From NCBI RefSeq assembly GCF_009914755.1, contig NC_060945.1: 64,000 nucleotides of DNA. One strand, 5' to 3'. Both the position numbers and the translations under genes were made by a program. The notes below the pieces were generated by a model that ran no database searches, was not told the origin of the DNA, and worked only from the letters and a program-made list of their open reading frames with translations. Below are positions 40,172 to 53,806 of this stretch, piece after piece (the first letter of the stretch is position 1; each line of letters begins with the position of its first letter). The DNA comes from the human T2T-CHM13v2.0 reference genome, Homo sapiens.

Positions 40172-40974
40172 CGAGAGACAGGACTAGCTGTATTTCCTAG
40201 GCCGACTAAGAATTCCTAAGTCTAGCTGGGAAAGGTGACCACACCCACCTTTAAACACGGAGCGTGTAACTCAGCTCGCATCCGACCAATCAGGTAGTAA
40301 AGAGGGTTCACTGAAATACAAATTAGGCTAAAAGCAGGAGGTAAAGAAATAGTCAAATCATATATCGCCTAACAGCACAGGGGGAGGGACAATGATTGGG
40401 ATATAAAACCCAGGGATTCAAACCGGGAGTGGGCAACCCCCTTTGGGTCCCCTCCCATTGTATGGGAGCTCTGTTTTCACTCTGTTAAATCTTGCAACTG
40501 TACACTCCTCTGGTCAGTGTTTGTTCCGGCTCAAGCTGAACTTTTGCTCACCCTCTACCACTGCTGTTCCCCGTGGTAGCAGACCCGCCGCTGACTTCCA
40601 CCCCTCCGGATCCGGCAGGGTGTCTGCTGCGCTCCTGATCCAGTGAGGCGCCCATTGCCGCTCCTGACCGGGCTAAAGGCTCACTATTGTTCCTGCACAG
40701 CTAAGTGCCCAGGTTTGTCCTAATCGAGCTGAACACTAGTTGCTGGGTTCCACACTTCTCTTTCTAATAGACGCTTCTAATAGATCTATGGCTTCTAATG
40801 ATGATAATGATGGCTTCTAATAGAGCTATAACACTAACCGCATGGCCCAATGTTCCATTCCTTGGAATCTGTGAGGCCAAGAACCCCAGGTCAGAGAACA
40901 AAAGGCTTTCTGCCATCTTGGGAGTGGCCCGCCTCCATCTTGGGAGCTCTAAAAACAAAGACCCGCCCACAACA
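40172..40974 (+). mobile_element. HERV-W LTR17 solo LTR, full length
   Basis: (C)GAGAGACAGGACTAGCTGTATTTCCTAGGCCGACTAAGAAT...CCAATCAG...GGGATATAAAACCC...CCATCTTGGGAGCTCT...CACAACA; 4-bp TSD TTAC. Confidence 0.95.
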
Positions 40975-42512
40975 TTACTAAAAACACTAATAATCATGAG
41001 ACAATTTCCAAAATAAAAACATATTACTTTTACCTTGAAAGATAAGCACACACAGAGAGACACTCATTCCCACAACTCTAGCTTACTGGATATGGCAAAG
41101 ATTATGGCATGTAGATATATGGAAAAAGATTTTGTTATGGCTGTTATGGTTTAGCATTTGGGTGCCCTGAGTGAGACAAGATGGTGATCTTGTACCAGCC
41201 AGTGCTTCTCACCTCTAGGCTCTGATCTAAAAGTGTTGCTTCCAGGTGTTTGAGAAACCATTTAGTAATAAACCTAAACTACAGACTGTAATGAAAAGGT
41301 CATGTTGTTGCAGAAAGGGATAGTGGAACTCAACTGCCTAGTATGCTTACTTTCAACTAGGTCATCTTTTTTTGTCCTTTCTTTCATTTTGTTTACTTGA
41401 GGTGCATGTTGCACCTAATTTCTGAGTTTTGCCACTTCTCTAAGGTGACTAATCATGGGTCTCCTGGTCATCCCCTCTGAAGACACTGAGGCTTCCATTT
41501 TAGCCATGGCCACTATTCACTAAGCCAAGATCTATCTTCAAAATGGTTTGTTGTCTCTTGACTGCTGTTTCATACTCTTTGTCCTTGTAGGCTTGATATT
41601 AAAATTTCCTCTACTCTCCACTTAATAGGGTCTGAAAAGAAAAGAGAAGCCAAATTCAAATATTTAAGTGACTGTACAAGCTCACCCCATTCTTCCACAT
41701 ATTCCATTCCAACTTTTGTTCCACTGTGTCCTCACTTGCCAAGATCACCAACAAATTCAAGGCTGCTAACTCTGTGGTGTGTATTTCTATCCTTGCCTCA
41801 CTTGTCTTCTCATTGAATACAGTTGACTACTACCTTTTTTGTGGAAACATGTCTCTCTTTGAGCTCTGGTAGCATCACTCAACCCATGTTTTTCTTTTAC
41901 ATCTCTGCTCTTGGTCATGCTCCCTGATGGCTCTATAAGGAGAGAAGAATCAGCAGATGCAATAATCAAAATAATCAACTCAAGGGAGCTTAGTTATGTT
42001 TTAACCAATGAAAGATGTAAGAGAAGTAAAAAAATACAAAAAGATAAAGACAATGTGTAAACAAAATTGTCAAATTTGTCAAATGGAAAGCAGGATATGG
42101 TTGTTTAGAAATATCCAATTGTTGACTGGCTTTTTTTTAAGTGTCGTATATTTTACTCCCTCATTCTGAATGAAGTCATTGCTTTTTGGTTCTTTCACTT
42201 GGACTCTTAGTGGCAATTTTGAGTTTTTGTCCAAAATGTCTTTCTTTCACACTCACTCAAAAATAATAGTTAACTAGAAGTACAATGGTAAGTTACTTTT
42301 GATTAGCGTTGTAAATATAGTTCACTGGCTTCTGTTGTTGTTTTTAAGAAAACTGATGTTAGTTTTAATTTTTTTATCTTTTAAGTAATATATTTTTATT
42401 TTCTTATGGCTTTAAGACACTACCATTGTCTTTGGTGACTGAAAAAAATGTGGATGTTATAATCCATTAAAAGTTTGAAAACCTGAAAAACAATGTTTTA
42501 TATTGTTTGTGA

Positions 42513-42842
<330 letters not shown>

Positions 42843-43099
42843 CCATTTGATCTTTATGTAGTGGTGTACTACCTTCTAAGCAGTGAGTGATAAAGCAGGT
42901 AATAGCATTGTGGTCCTGGCTGGTAGGTCTATTTCAGTCAAGACTTTAGCATGGTTAAGTTTAACAGCCTGCTCACCTAAGGAAAAATTTGCAAGAGTTG
43001 AACGTGATGTCAGAGTCCCATTCAAGGAAGCTATAATAAACAAAGGTACACAACTGAGATGTTGGCAAGGAAAGTGTTATAAAGGAGAGGTCTCAGTGA

Positions 43100-43624
43100 A
43101 AAATATTTATTACCTACTACGCACCAAGCATCCTCCCAGAACCAGGGATAAATATATGAAAACAACAATTCCCATGCTCATATGAAGCTTCTGTTCTCTG
43201 ATGTTAGAGGTGGAAGCAACAATAAACAACATCATAGAAAGATGTTGTGTGGTCATAAATTAGGGCAGAAATAAGGAAGAAAATAAGGGAGGATAAGAGA
43301 GAGAGGTTTGGACAGTGTAATGATGGCAGGACGTGGGGACTATTTTAATGCAGCAGACAGCCCCTTGAGCATAATTTGAAGGGAACAGGGGACAAGCCCT
43401 GCAGACAACTGAGAGAAAATATTTTCAGCAGAGGAGCTGACAAGCACAAATCTCATGAGAGGGTTGTGTGCTTGCTATGTTTGAGAATGACAAGGAGCCC
43501 AGGATGGGAGAAGAAAAAAAGAGAGAGAATGGTAAGAAAGGCGATCAGGTAGTTGGAAATAGTGGCGGTAGGGGTGGGGAGGGAAGTTGAACAGCAGTGG
43601 TGCAAATGAAGTAGGGCTTTTAAG
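43100..43624 (-). mobile_element. L2 fragment (continues after MER57 to about 44330)
   Basis: AAATATTTATTACCTACTACGCACCAAGCA, CAGCAGAGGAGCTGACAAGCACAAA, GTTTGAGAATGACAAGGAGCC. Confidence 0.7.
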
Positions 43625-44063
43625 TGTGAAAAGAAAACGTCAGAAAAATTAAATTTGATGGAGTTTAACTGAGTTAAAAAAGAAGAAACGATTTGTGAAG
43701 CAGGCAGCCTCCAGAATCACAGCAGATTCACAGAGACTCCCGGGATGCCTAGTGGTCAGAACAAATTTACAGACAAAAAAAGTAAAGTGACATACAGGAA
43801 TCAGAAGTGAGGTACAGAAACAGCTGGATTGGTTACAGGTTGGCGTTTGCTTTATTTGAGCACAACTTGAACAGTCAGCAGTCTATGAGTGGTTGAAGAA
43901 TGGCCACTGGGATTGGCCAAGACTCAGCTATTGTTACAGGCAAATACTCCTACGTTAGGTTGTCAATCTTGTCTGCCTATTAAGCTAAGTTGTAGTTCGC
44001 CCAAAAGGACGCAAATATAGAAATCTGGAGTCCTTCTCAGGCCATATTTAGTTCACTCTAACA
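43625..44063 (-). mobile_element. MER57 (A/B-like, ERV1) solo LTR
   Basis: GAAGTGAGGTACAGAAACAGCTGGATTGGTTACAG...GAGTCCTTCTCAGGCCATATTTAGTTCACTCTAACA; TSD TAAG/GAAG. Confidence 0.88.
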
Positions 44064-44115
44064 GAAGGTATAGTAGAACTTTAGCTTATACTCAAAGAAA
44101 AACCATGGGTGAGTT

Positions 44116-44245
44116 ATTTTGTATTTTGTTTTCTGACATGGAGTCTCACTATTTTGTCCATGCTGTTCTCGAACTCCTGGGCTCAAGCACTTTTCCCACC
44201 GCATCCTCTTAAGTATCTGGGACTACCTACATGCCACACACTGGT
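44116..44245 (-). mobile_element. FLAM / Alu monomer
   Basis: GAGTCTCACTATTTTGTCCATGCTGTTCTCGAACTCCTGGGCTCAAGC. Confidence 0.75.
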
Positions 44246-44799
44246 GGTTGAGTTTTAAACAGAGGGGAAAAAAAAAGATCATATTTGTATTTAAAGAATG
44301 ATTATGACTATTGCGTGTAGAGCAAATCAGAAGAATAAAATAATGGAGTCAGGGAAATAACAGGAGCATTGTAACTTAATGAGTCTGTGGTCACCCGGGT
44401 GACTTGCCATAGACACCTCAATCCCACATACACTGAAATTGCTGCATAGGCTGGAATTGACACAACAGCTAAGTAAAACAAAAATTGAGACTAGGAGAAC
44501 TGCAATCTGCTTCTGATGAGAATTGATCTGGAAACTATCAAACAATGTATGGCAAGGGAAGTTGGCTATATAGCAAACCCAGACACCTCCGTTAGGATAA
44601 GTAATAATTCAGTGTGATTTTTCTCCAGCAAAGAGTATCTCCTCCGAATATTTTTCTCCTGGATGCCTAAAGTTGCAAAATAAATAGTTTGTAACTTTCA
44701 TATAAAATTTTGACCTTTCTTTGTAGTTCACTTTTAGAAATCAAATATCCAAAAGAATAGAAAGACATTAAGCTGCCTTTGTTGCGAATGTACTTATAT

Positions 44800-45955
44800 A
44801 ATTATAGAAAGAATGTTTAAACAATTTTTAAAATAAAAAATAAGATAACTCAATTTTAAAGAGGGCAAAAGATTTAAATAAATACTTCACTATAGATGGT
44901 ATATGGATAGCAATTAAATGAATGAAAAGATGTTCAGCATTATTAGTCATTAAAAAATATAAATTAAAACCACAGTCAACTACTACTACATATCTGTTGG
45001 AATGGCTAAAATTAAAATGAATGTCCATACTAAGTTTTAATTAGTAAATAGAATAACTAGAACTCTGATGCACTGCTGATATGAATGTATGATTGTACAA
45101 CTACTTTAGAAAACAAATTGGAATTTTTTCAAAATGTTTAATGTATACTTAATGTATAACCCAACCATTTCACTAAACAGCATTTACCCAATAGAAAGGA
45201 AAGCATATGTTCACAGTATCTTTATGTGAAGCAGAATAAACCCAAGTGTGCATCAGCAGATGAATGGATAAACAATCTGTGGTTTGTTCACACAGTGAGA
45301 TACTACTTAGCAATAAAAATAAATGAGTTCACAAAAGCCACATATTGTATGAATCAATTTATATCAAATGTCCAGAAAAGGTAAATCTATAGATATAAAA
45401 ATTAGATTATTGGTTTCCAGGGTCTATTCAGAAATGACTATGAATGGATATGAAGTTTCTTTTGGAGGCGCTGAAAACTGTTCTAAATCCAGATAGTGTT
45501 GATGCTTGCCCAACTCCGTGAATGTACTATAAAACACTGAATTGAACACTGTAAAAGGGTAAATTTTTTAGTATGTAAATTATTTCAATAAAGGCATTAT
45601 TATAAACAAGAAAATAAACTATTGATGTGTACTACATCTTGAATAAAACAAATACAATTTTGCTGAGAAAACAAGCTATATTTTTAAAAAGTGCATACTA
45701 CATGCATTAATTCACATAAAATTATAGAAAGTGCAATCTGTTGTGACAGAAGGTAGAACAGTTCTTGCTTGTGGAAGAGGGGAGCGGATAAAGGCCAGAG
45801 GTGGGAATTACCAAAGGGCACTAGAAAACTTACATGTGTTATGGATATGTTTATTATCTTGATTTTGGTGATAGTTTCATGAGTATACACATAAGTCAAA
45901 GTAATCAAATCATACATTATAAATATGTGCATCTTATAGTATGTCCATTATATCT
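44800..45955 (+). mobile_element. Ancient L1M ORF2-end / 3' UTR, probably with a second nested L1 3' end (about 45330-45600)
   Basis: GGCAAAAGATTTAAATAAATACTTCAC, ATGAAAAGATGTTCAGCATTATTAGTCATT, CAGATGAATGGATAAACAA. Confidence 0.8.
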
Positions 45956-47940
45956 TGTATTATTGTACAACATAAATTATACATATAAAATACCAAAAGT
46001 ATGTAGACAAACTGATAATTATTTTTACTAAGGTTAAGTAATTATTTGTGAACTACTTTTAAAGTGAAGCTGGTGCCATTTGGGGATCAGATGTTTTAAT
46101 TCCTAATTTTAATCCTTGATGATAGAGCGTAAGTGCCCATGTGGACTCTTCCCGGGGGGAGCCCACAAAATAGTCAGAAAAGTACTGGCTCTCTTACATA
46201 GTGCCTGAGTAGTGTACTGCCTTTATAGTTTGCTCAGCTCCTTTCATCTGTAATAGTCCACATGGAAGACAACATAGAACCACTGGAATCCCTAAATGAT
46301 GACTATACAGATGACTCTCAGTAACTCTCTTTGTGCTATAAATACAGTATAAAAATAACTACACTGTGCTTCAATATATTCAGTTGTTGAGTAAAAGCAG
46401 GATAAGGCCTTAAGAGAAATGGATTTCTTGACAGTTAGGGTCCATATTATCAAACTAAAATTAAACAGCAATTTCCCCACAAGCCAATCATGCATTAGGG
46501 AGACCATCACTGTTATAAATTATGTAACAAGGACAGAAAACATGGTTCCAAGAAGGTTCTAAATGCTTCATACTAAATGAAAGTTTAAAATCACTTGAAT
46601 TTTAAGCAGAGTGATATAGACCTGGGGGGTAACAAAGTCGTTTCCAAGTTCTGATCATACACAACTGTTGATAACCAAATGTTTAACATGGGAAATAGAA
46701 GAGTGAAATAAAGGTCTATAGTTGCTTTTATTTACATTGGCCATATTTATCTCACAATAGTTACTTGACTGCCATTGTTTGCATTTGTTTCTACTTTAAA
46801 ATTTTAAAGGAGCAGCAATTGTCTCTTTTTATGATTAGCATCAACCTCTGCATGGGTTTATGAAGAAGATGCATTGCTTTGTTAAGGAAGGATGTATTAC
46901 ATACTGTAAGCTTAGTATTTTACCAGGAAAAAAATAGGGTAAAGAGCCATGTAAGATGTGCTAAACATATGACCTTAAGATGCTATATTAATTTAAAGAA
47001 TGGAGACATGGAGTAAATAATCATTGGTGAAAGTAAGCCCTTTAACTTATTTTAAACTCTGTTATTTATAATTCAGCATTTTTCAATAAGCCTTTAGGAA
47101 GCTTTCACTATTTTGACTATGTCTCTGTTATAATATTAAGAATGGAGGTTCATAGAGTTTTACATAACATTTTTGCAACTATAAGAAATTAAACATTAAT
47201 TATTGATCTGTGAGGTTTAGTTTGACATATCTGTCAAACATATATAATTTGCTTCTTAATAGAATCCAGTTTAATCTCTAATATTTAAATTACAATTTAC
47301 TTTGCCTTTATCGTTGGCTTTTACCTTTCCTATTATTCACATTGTCTCTTTGCTATGTTTGCTCCTCATGTGATGAATTTCTGACCTTTTAAAAAAAGAG
47401 CATACACATTTGCAAATTTCATGATCCAAATAGTCTTTCTGAGATGAGTATTTCACCAGTTTTATAATTTCTCAATTGTAACTGTTAAGCAAATTACAAT
47501 TAACCATCTCCCAGTTTGCTCAACCATGTAAATGCTTGTTATTTTTGTTGATTATATAAAGCAGACTTTTTATTCTTTTGGCAAACAAGATAGAGAGGCT
47601 ATAAACTAAACATCAGAATGGGCCATAAAATTTTTTCTGTTAAATCAATTTCCATTGCTGGCCTCAGAATATACATACAATGTAGCTTAGATATATTTCT
47701 TGAGAACATTATACCAATTTCAATACATTTGCTTTTCTTTAATAAAAAATATGTGACAGTTGTACTGAATTCAACATTCAGCTGGCAGGGATTACCAATC
47801 AGATTCATTCAAAGTGCTCTTGGGGTCAACTTACTTTTCAGGAGCAAATAAATCTAGCAGTGTGTAGCAAGTCTTCATGAAATAAAATTATCATTTTTTA
47901 TCGAGAAACAGTAATAAAAAAAAACTTGTCTGTAAAAACT

Positions 47941-48074
47941 ACTCCTGTAGTCCCAGCTACTCAGGAAGGTAAGGTGGGGGGATGACTTTGAGCACAGGAC
48001 TTTGAGGCTGCAGAGAGCTGTGATCTCGCCGACTGGGCAACAGAGCAAGAGGCTGTCTCTAAAAAAGAAAGAAA
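47941..48074 (+). mobile_element. FRAM/AluJ-type right-arm fragment with internal deletion
   Basis: CCTGTAGTCCCAGCTACTCAGGAAGG...TTTGAGGCTGCAG...GGGCAACAGAGCAAGA plus A-tail. Confidence 0.8.
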
Positions 48075-49846
48075 TCCTCACTGGCTGTAGTATAAAAAGT
48101 ATAACATTAAGAGGAACAGCGATGAGCCTGGAAATGGAATCTATGTGGATTTAAAGACATTGGGTAAATCAGGATAAAAAAATTCTAATGCTGGTCTTAA
48201 ATATTTAAAATATTGATTTACTTGATCACATAGCTGCAGAGTTTATCAGCTGTTTCTTAACCAATAGCAAGTTCAATTATTAGTGTCGAATCATCAAGTT
48301 CACTTTCTCTATGGACAAAACAATGGAGAAATCTTTGGAGGTTAAATTCTAGTTCCACGAATTAATTCAGAATATTTGGATAATTTCCAATATTATGTCT
48401 TTGATTTGTGTTGACCAAGGCTAAATTACTCTCCGTTGGTTTATGTCTGCTGGCAGGAAAATTAATTAGAAAACCATAGTCATGGCCATCCCAGTGCCCC
48501 AAATGCCATTCAGAATGTTCCAGAACACTTTTATTAAAAACAGAAAATCTATCAAGTTCAGCCTTACGTGAATAAACCACTTAAGTGTTTAACTCATCTG
48601 TGGATGTCTGATATAATTTGATTTGCAGAGCACATGGGGAAAGGATATAAACAGCAGACACTATGAGCTATAATATATATTTTCTTTCTAATGGGGCATT
48701 AGTTGTCATAACCTTTTGAATGTGTGTTTCTTTATACCCAAGCAGATGTACCTTACCTATCCCAACCATTGAATGTGTATTTCAATTTACTTTTCCTGTA
48801 GGAAAAAAAGATTTGTATTAATCCTGAATTAAACCCCCTGTCAATAAGCAGGGTGTAGAAATGTGGTTAATGGCTGGAGAATATTTAATCCAAGGCCTTA
48901 CACAAACATCTCCTACTGCAATCACTCGAGCTACCTTGGAACTTGATTAAACTATGAAGAAATGAGACCCACAGGTTCTTAACACATCACTACTTCCTGT
49001 CACATCCCACTAACTCAACAGTACATTGGAAATTATGACTTACATTGGTTTCAATTCCACAAGATTATAGGCACTTTTAGGTATTATCAGTAATTCATAT
49101 ATAACTGGAATCACAATTTCCTCACCCAGAGGATGGGTGATGCCAGAGGATTATATCTATATTTTTAAAGGTCTGTATCTTCTATAATCTGTAGATTATG
49201 TTCATATTTAAGAATCTATATTATATCTGCTTTATACTTCCAGGCACTGATGCAGGGAATTAAGATAAACCTCCTGCTGAAGATGATCATCAGGTAAAGA
49301 GAGTTCTTTGATTTTGGTGAAACATTATATAACTGGTCACCAGATTTTTTGGAATGGAGTGCCCTTGGAGCTTTAAAAAAAAAAGAGAAAGTAGAGAACA
49401 TGCTATTAACTTCAGACTAGGGACATTTGAAGTCAAATTTAACCACAAAGTAAATATTTTCTTGGTCTGCAATTAAACATGTTGGCTCTTATTAACATTA
49501 TTGCTTCTTAAAAGGTGTGTGTGTGTATGTTTTCTAAAATTTATTTACTAGAAAATTTTCAGTGGAAAGACAAAGCACATCTACCCTGGCAAAGTAGCCC
49601 ATGGCTGATCAAAATTCAGTTTAAGTAGATTTATAGGTTCCCCACAGTTTCATTGACAACTGAATCATTCTTCTCTCTGGAATGTTACTTTTCTTTTTGA
49701 ATTGTCATGATATCAAGAAGGAATGAATAAGGTGAAATCGCTGCCTGTCAGTAATGAATAGGATTTTTCAAAAGGAGTTTGGAAATTTTCCCTAGACAGT
49801 TGGAAAAATGAGAGGATTGATATTGAAGCAATCAAGTAAGCATTAT

Positions 49847-49880
49847 ATGTGTGTATGTGTGTGTGTGTGTGTGTGTGTGT
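49847..49880. repeat. (TG)n microsatellite
   Basis: ATGTGTGTATGTGTGTGTGTGTGTGTGTGTGTGT. Confidence 0.95.
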
Positions 49881-51879
49881 ACTTTTTCCTTGTACTATCA
49901 AAAAATGTATGTTTTTATGTTTTCATCCAGTTTCAAATTGTATCTTTCCATATTGAAAGGTCCTCTGTCATCCCCAAGCCTTCAGTCAAGTGTACCATGT
50001 AGTCACAATCCTTGTGTCAATGGAATTCTGGACAATTCACTGATGAGGATATGAAAGGGAGTTTTGAAGCAATGTCCTGGTAGCAGCATCTTGTCAAATG
50101 AATATAGTCTTAGAGACATAGGCAGTTACCAGGTAAAAGAGTTGGAAGCAGAGCTGAGAGCAGTAAGAAGACAAGTCCGGACTGTAAGTGAAACAGACCA
50201 TTTGGTGGAATGAAGCCTTAGAGGCTTGTACAGTGGTAGATAGTAACCTATCAGGAAGATAGAGCAGTTACAAATTAGATATGAAGAACAGTGCCTAAAG
50301 GATAAAGCAAATACTTTGTTCAGATGCTCTATCTTGTTCTTCCCCATTGATTACATCTACGGTGCTGATATCACTGTCTCTTATTATTTCTTTATGTATA
50401 TTCTGGTTCCCAGATTTAGCCACTTTGAATACTCTCAGGTAGAGAAATTAGGAAACATGTCTATAAACAACTTTGCTGTTTCCCTGCACGCTTTCTCCAC
50501 TTTCTTAAGAGTGCTCATTGCGAAGTATTGCTCAAAATTTAGCTACCCTAAGTATGCCCAGTGAATTAAGACTAGGAGGTTTCGTTTGTGAAATCAAATT
50601 GCTCTGTCTTTATATGATCTTTTACCTTTTTATCTTATCAGATAATGTGTTAGCAAAGTGCTGCAATAATGAAATATCAATATGTATTTATGGATCTCAC
50701 TGAGAAACCTTAAATGAACCCAAGCAGTACAAAATGATTTGTATATAGAATGTTCATTGCCTAATCATACTCATAAAGATGAGTGAAGTTTTAATCGATT
50801 AGGTTTATTCGATTCATGAGCCATTTAAAAGTTTGCCTTGTGATATAAAATGCAGAATAAATAATAGTGCACAGATTAGAGGAATTTTCCCAATAAAACT
50901 CAATGGGTTAGTTTGTTGCACAAAAAATAAACTTGAACAGAATGAAAAGAAATATAGTGAGCCATATTCTATTCCTAAAAGCAAATTGTTTTCTAATATG
51001 ATGAAGTTTCAGATGTAGAAATGATAATTCACTGTGCTACTTTTAGGAAAGATATTTGCATTTTGTCATTTACGTTCAGTGGAAGTTGGCAATTGGCATT
51101 GAATTTCCTAATTAATCCATTTTACATGCATTAGAATAAAATGCAATAAGTCTAAGTGTTCTATGAAACATTTATGTGGCAGATCTAATTGGCCACTGGT
51201 GTACCAATTAAATACAGCTTAATACTTCTGGAATAATTACAGCAAATATAGCTTTTAATACATTTTTGGACTTAATGAAAATAACAGAAATATTCAAAGA
51301 CATACAACAAAAAAACACGGCCGATAATTAGAACAAGAAACTTGAAAAGGGGAAAAAAAACAGAGAAGGGACCAGGGTCCCCAGGTAGGTAGCTATGACT
51401 AAGGGACTAAACTATAGATATAGTAAATGTTTGGAGGCTAAGCCTGAGATACCTGCCTTAAACCAAAAACACTGAAAGAAACTAGATAGATCCCAGGAGG
51501 ACAGCAAGCCTCTAGCTCTGACAAACAAAAACTCAAATGCTCCTTGGATGAAAGAAGCATTTTGGCCCTCAAAAATGCTCCAGATTAAGTTCAATTAAAT
51601 ATGTGTGTGTATATATATATGCACGCACACATATATGTTTATGTATATATGTCTTATATATATGATTTTAGACATGCATGGGAGAAAATAAAACACAATA
51701 ATGAGAATGAGAAGGAAAAAATAAAATCAGAAACTTCTACTCTCAGGCCTACTCTATTTGAAATATATCAGCAACAGGCTATGACTATGTATAAAACATC
51801 CAGTAGGCTAAAAGGTGAAACTTAAAAATTCTCAAGGAAGAAGTATCATTAATATTGACCAGATAGATTAAAACAAACG

Positions 51880-52860
51880 AATTCACAAATATAACAGCAG
51901 AACTTTTAGACAAAAAAAAAAAAAAAACAGTTGATCACAATGAGTTGATTAAACAGCAGTCCCAGGTGAAGATAAAAAATGACAAATGGAAAATGGATTT
52001 GGAAAAATCACATTAAATTTACATAGGGAATACAAGGAAGCCCCTTAATATTAAATAATCTACCAAAATCCTACAGAAATCTCATGAATAATGATAATAG
52101 GCTAGGTGCATACCTTGCTAAGATCAGGAGCATGATAAGGCTACTAATTATCACTGCTTCTACTCAACCCTGAATAGGAAATGCGCCAGTGTTGAGTGAA
52201 AGAAAATAACAAGTGTATGTGATTGAAAAGAAGAAATAGTTGCACATGATGATTGATTACAAGAAAATCCAAAAGCTCTACAGATCTACAGAAAAATTAT
52301 TAGAATTAATATAAAGCTTAGACAACTCAATAAAAGAGCAATTTATGTAAAATTAATTTTATTTTTATATGTGAGAAATAAACACATAAAATAGTATTAA
52401 AAATTATGCTGTTACAACAGTATGAGAATAACAGAATACATTTATTTTTTTAAAAAGTATGATAAAAGTTTGATAGACATTGAAGAGAAGTTAAATTCAT
52501 AGAGAAATATACTCTCTTCCTGAGAAAAATATATTTCTTAAAAATGTGATTGTCTCCATAATTGTATATAATGACTTAATAGCAATTCCAATAAAATCTC
52601 AAATTGTGTTTTTTTCAAGTAAATCAACATTCTGAATATGAAAACTGATATGGAAGATGAAATTTTGAGAATAGCTAAGATATTTCTGTAGAGGAATGAT
52701 TAATGTGTAAAGTATTTACTGTAACTGATTACTTATATTGAATTGTAATTTATGATTCAAATTATAAATTATAGATTATACATTTCAAGCACAGTTATTT
52801 TGGTACAGATATATTTTTTTAATGGAGCGATGAAACAAAACTGGAAAGAAACAGACATAG
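51880..52860 (+). mobile_element. Ancient L1M ORF2 remnant
   Basis: AAATCCTACAGAAA, CTAAGATCAGGAGCATGATAAGG, GAAAAATTATTAGAATTAAT, GCAATTCCAATAAAATCTC. Confidence 0.65.
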
Positions 52861-53806
52861 GACTAAATTTGGCATTTGCATTTGCTTCTGTTTGAAAAGT
52901 CTCTCTCCACTTCCTCCTGGTCTCTCCCTAAATGCCACTTCCCAATAAGGACTCTTCCATGTATATCCTATCAAAATTTACATGCCCAAATATCTATATG
53001 TAGTTCTCTTAGCAAACATAAAATATAACATTCTTTCAAGTATAGGTTACAATAACACACAAAAGCTTCATCAAGAAATTTATTTAAAGCATAATGTGAT
53101 ATTTACACAATGAAGGCAAAATCGAACAACCACGCCCAGAAGCAATAGTTTGTAAACCTTTCATTTAAAGTAACGGTTAATATTTCTTAATACATTAATC
53201 TCAGGTTCTATTTGAAATGCTCCAGTTTATTCATGTTTATTCCTCTCTCTTTTAGTTAACACCTTTAGAATAAGCAATTTTCTTTCTCATTTCCGGGTCT
53301 GTGCACAAATTGTAAACTCACTTCACCAGCAGAATTGGCTTTTCCTTCTCCCTCAATATATGCAAATTTAACCCTTATCTAAGCTCTGGCTGTAGACGTC
53401 ACTCCTTTCATCTCCAGCCTTTAATTATATCCCACATCTGCACCAAGTCTGGCACTGAATGGCTATTTTCCCAGCCTCATGCCAGGCCTTGGGTACCACA
53501 TTTCACTCCATCCATTTAAAATCATTTATTGCTCCTATTCTTTGTTTCTGCCTTCCTGACATGTACCCAGACTCTAACTTCTGCAATATATTAGTCCTTT
53601 AAAATCCTACTCTTCCTTCCGGATTCATTTAGCTTCTCCCCCAGTCAGTATTTCTCCATTTCCTCAACCCCAGGCAATCATATTTTAGCACTTCATTTAT
53701 TCATTATGTAACTAATGTATGCATGCATAACTGGCACAAAATAAGTACTCAGTAATTGCTTGTTGAATGAAAAAATGCTTGTTGAATGAAAAAAATTGCT
53801 TGTTGA

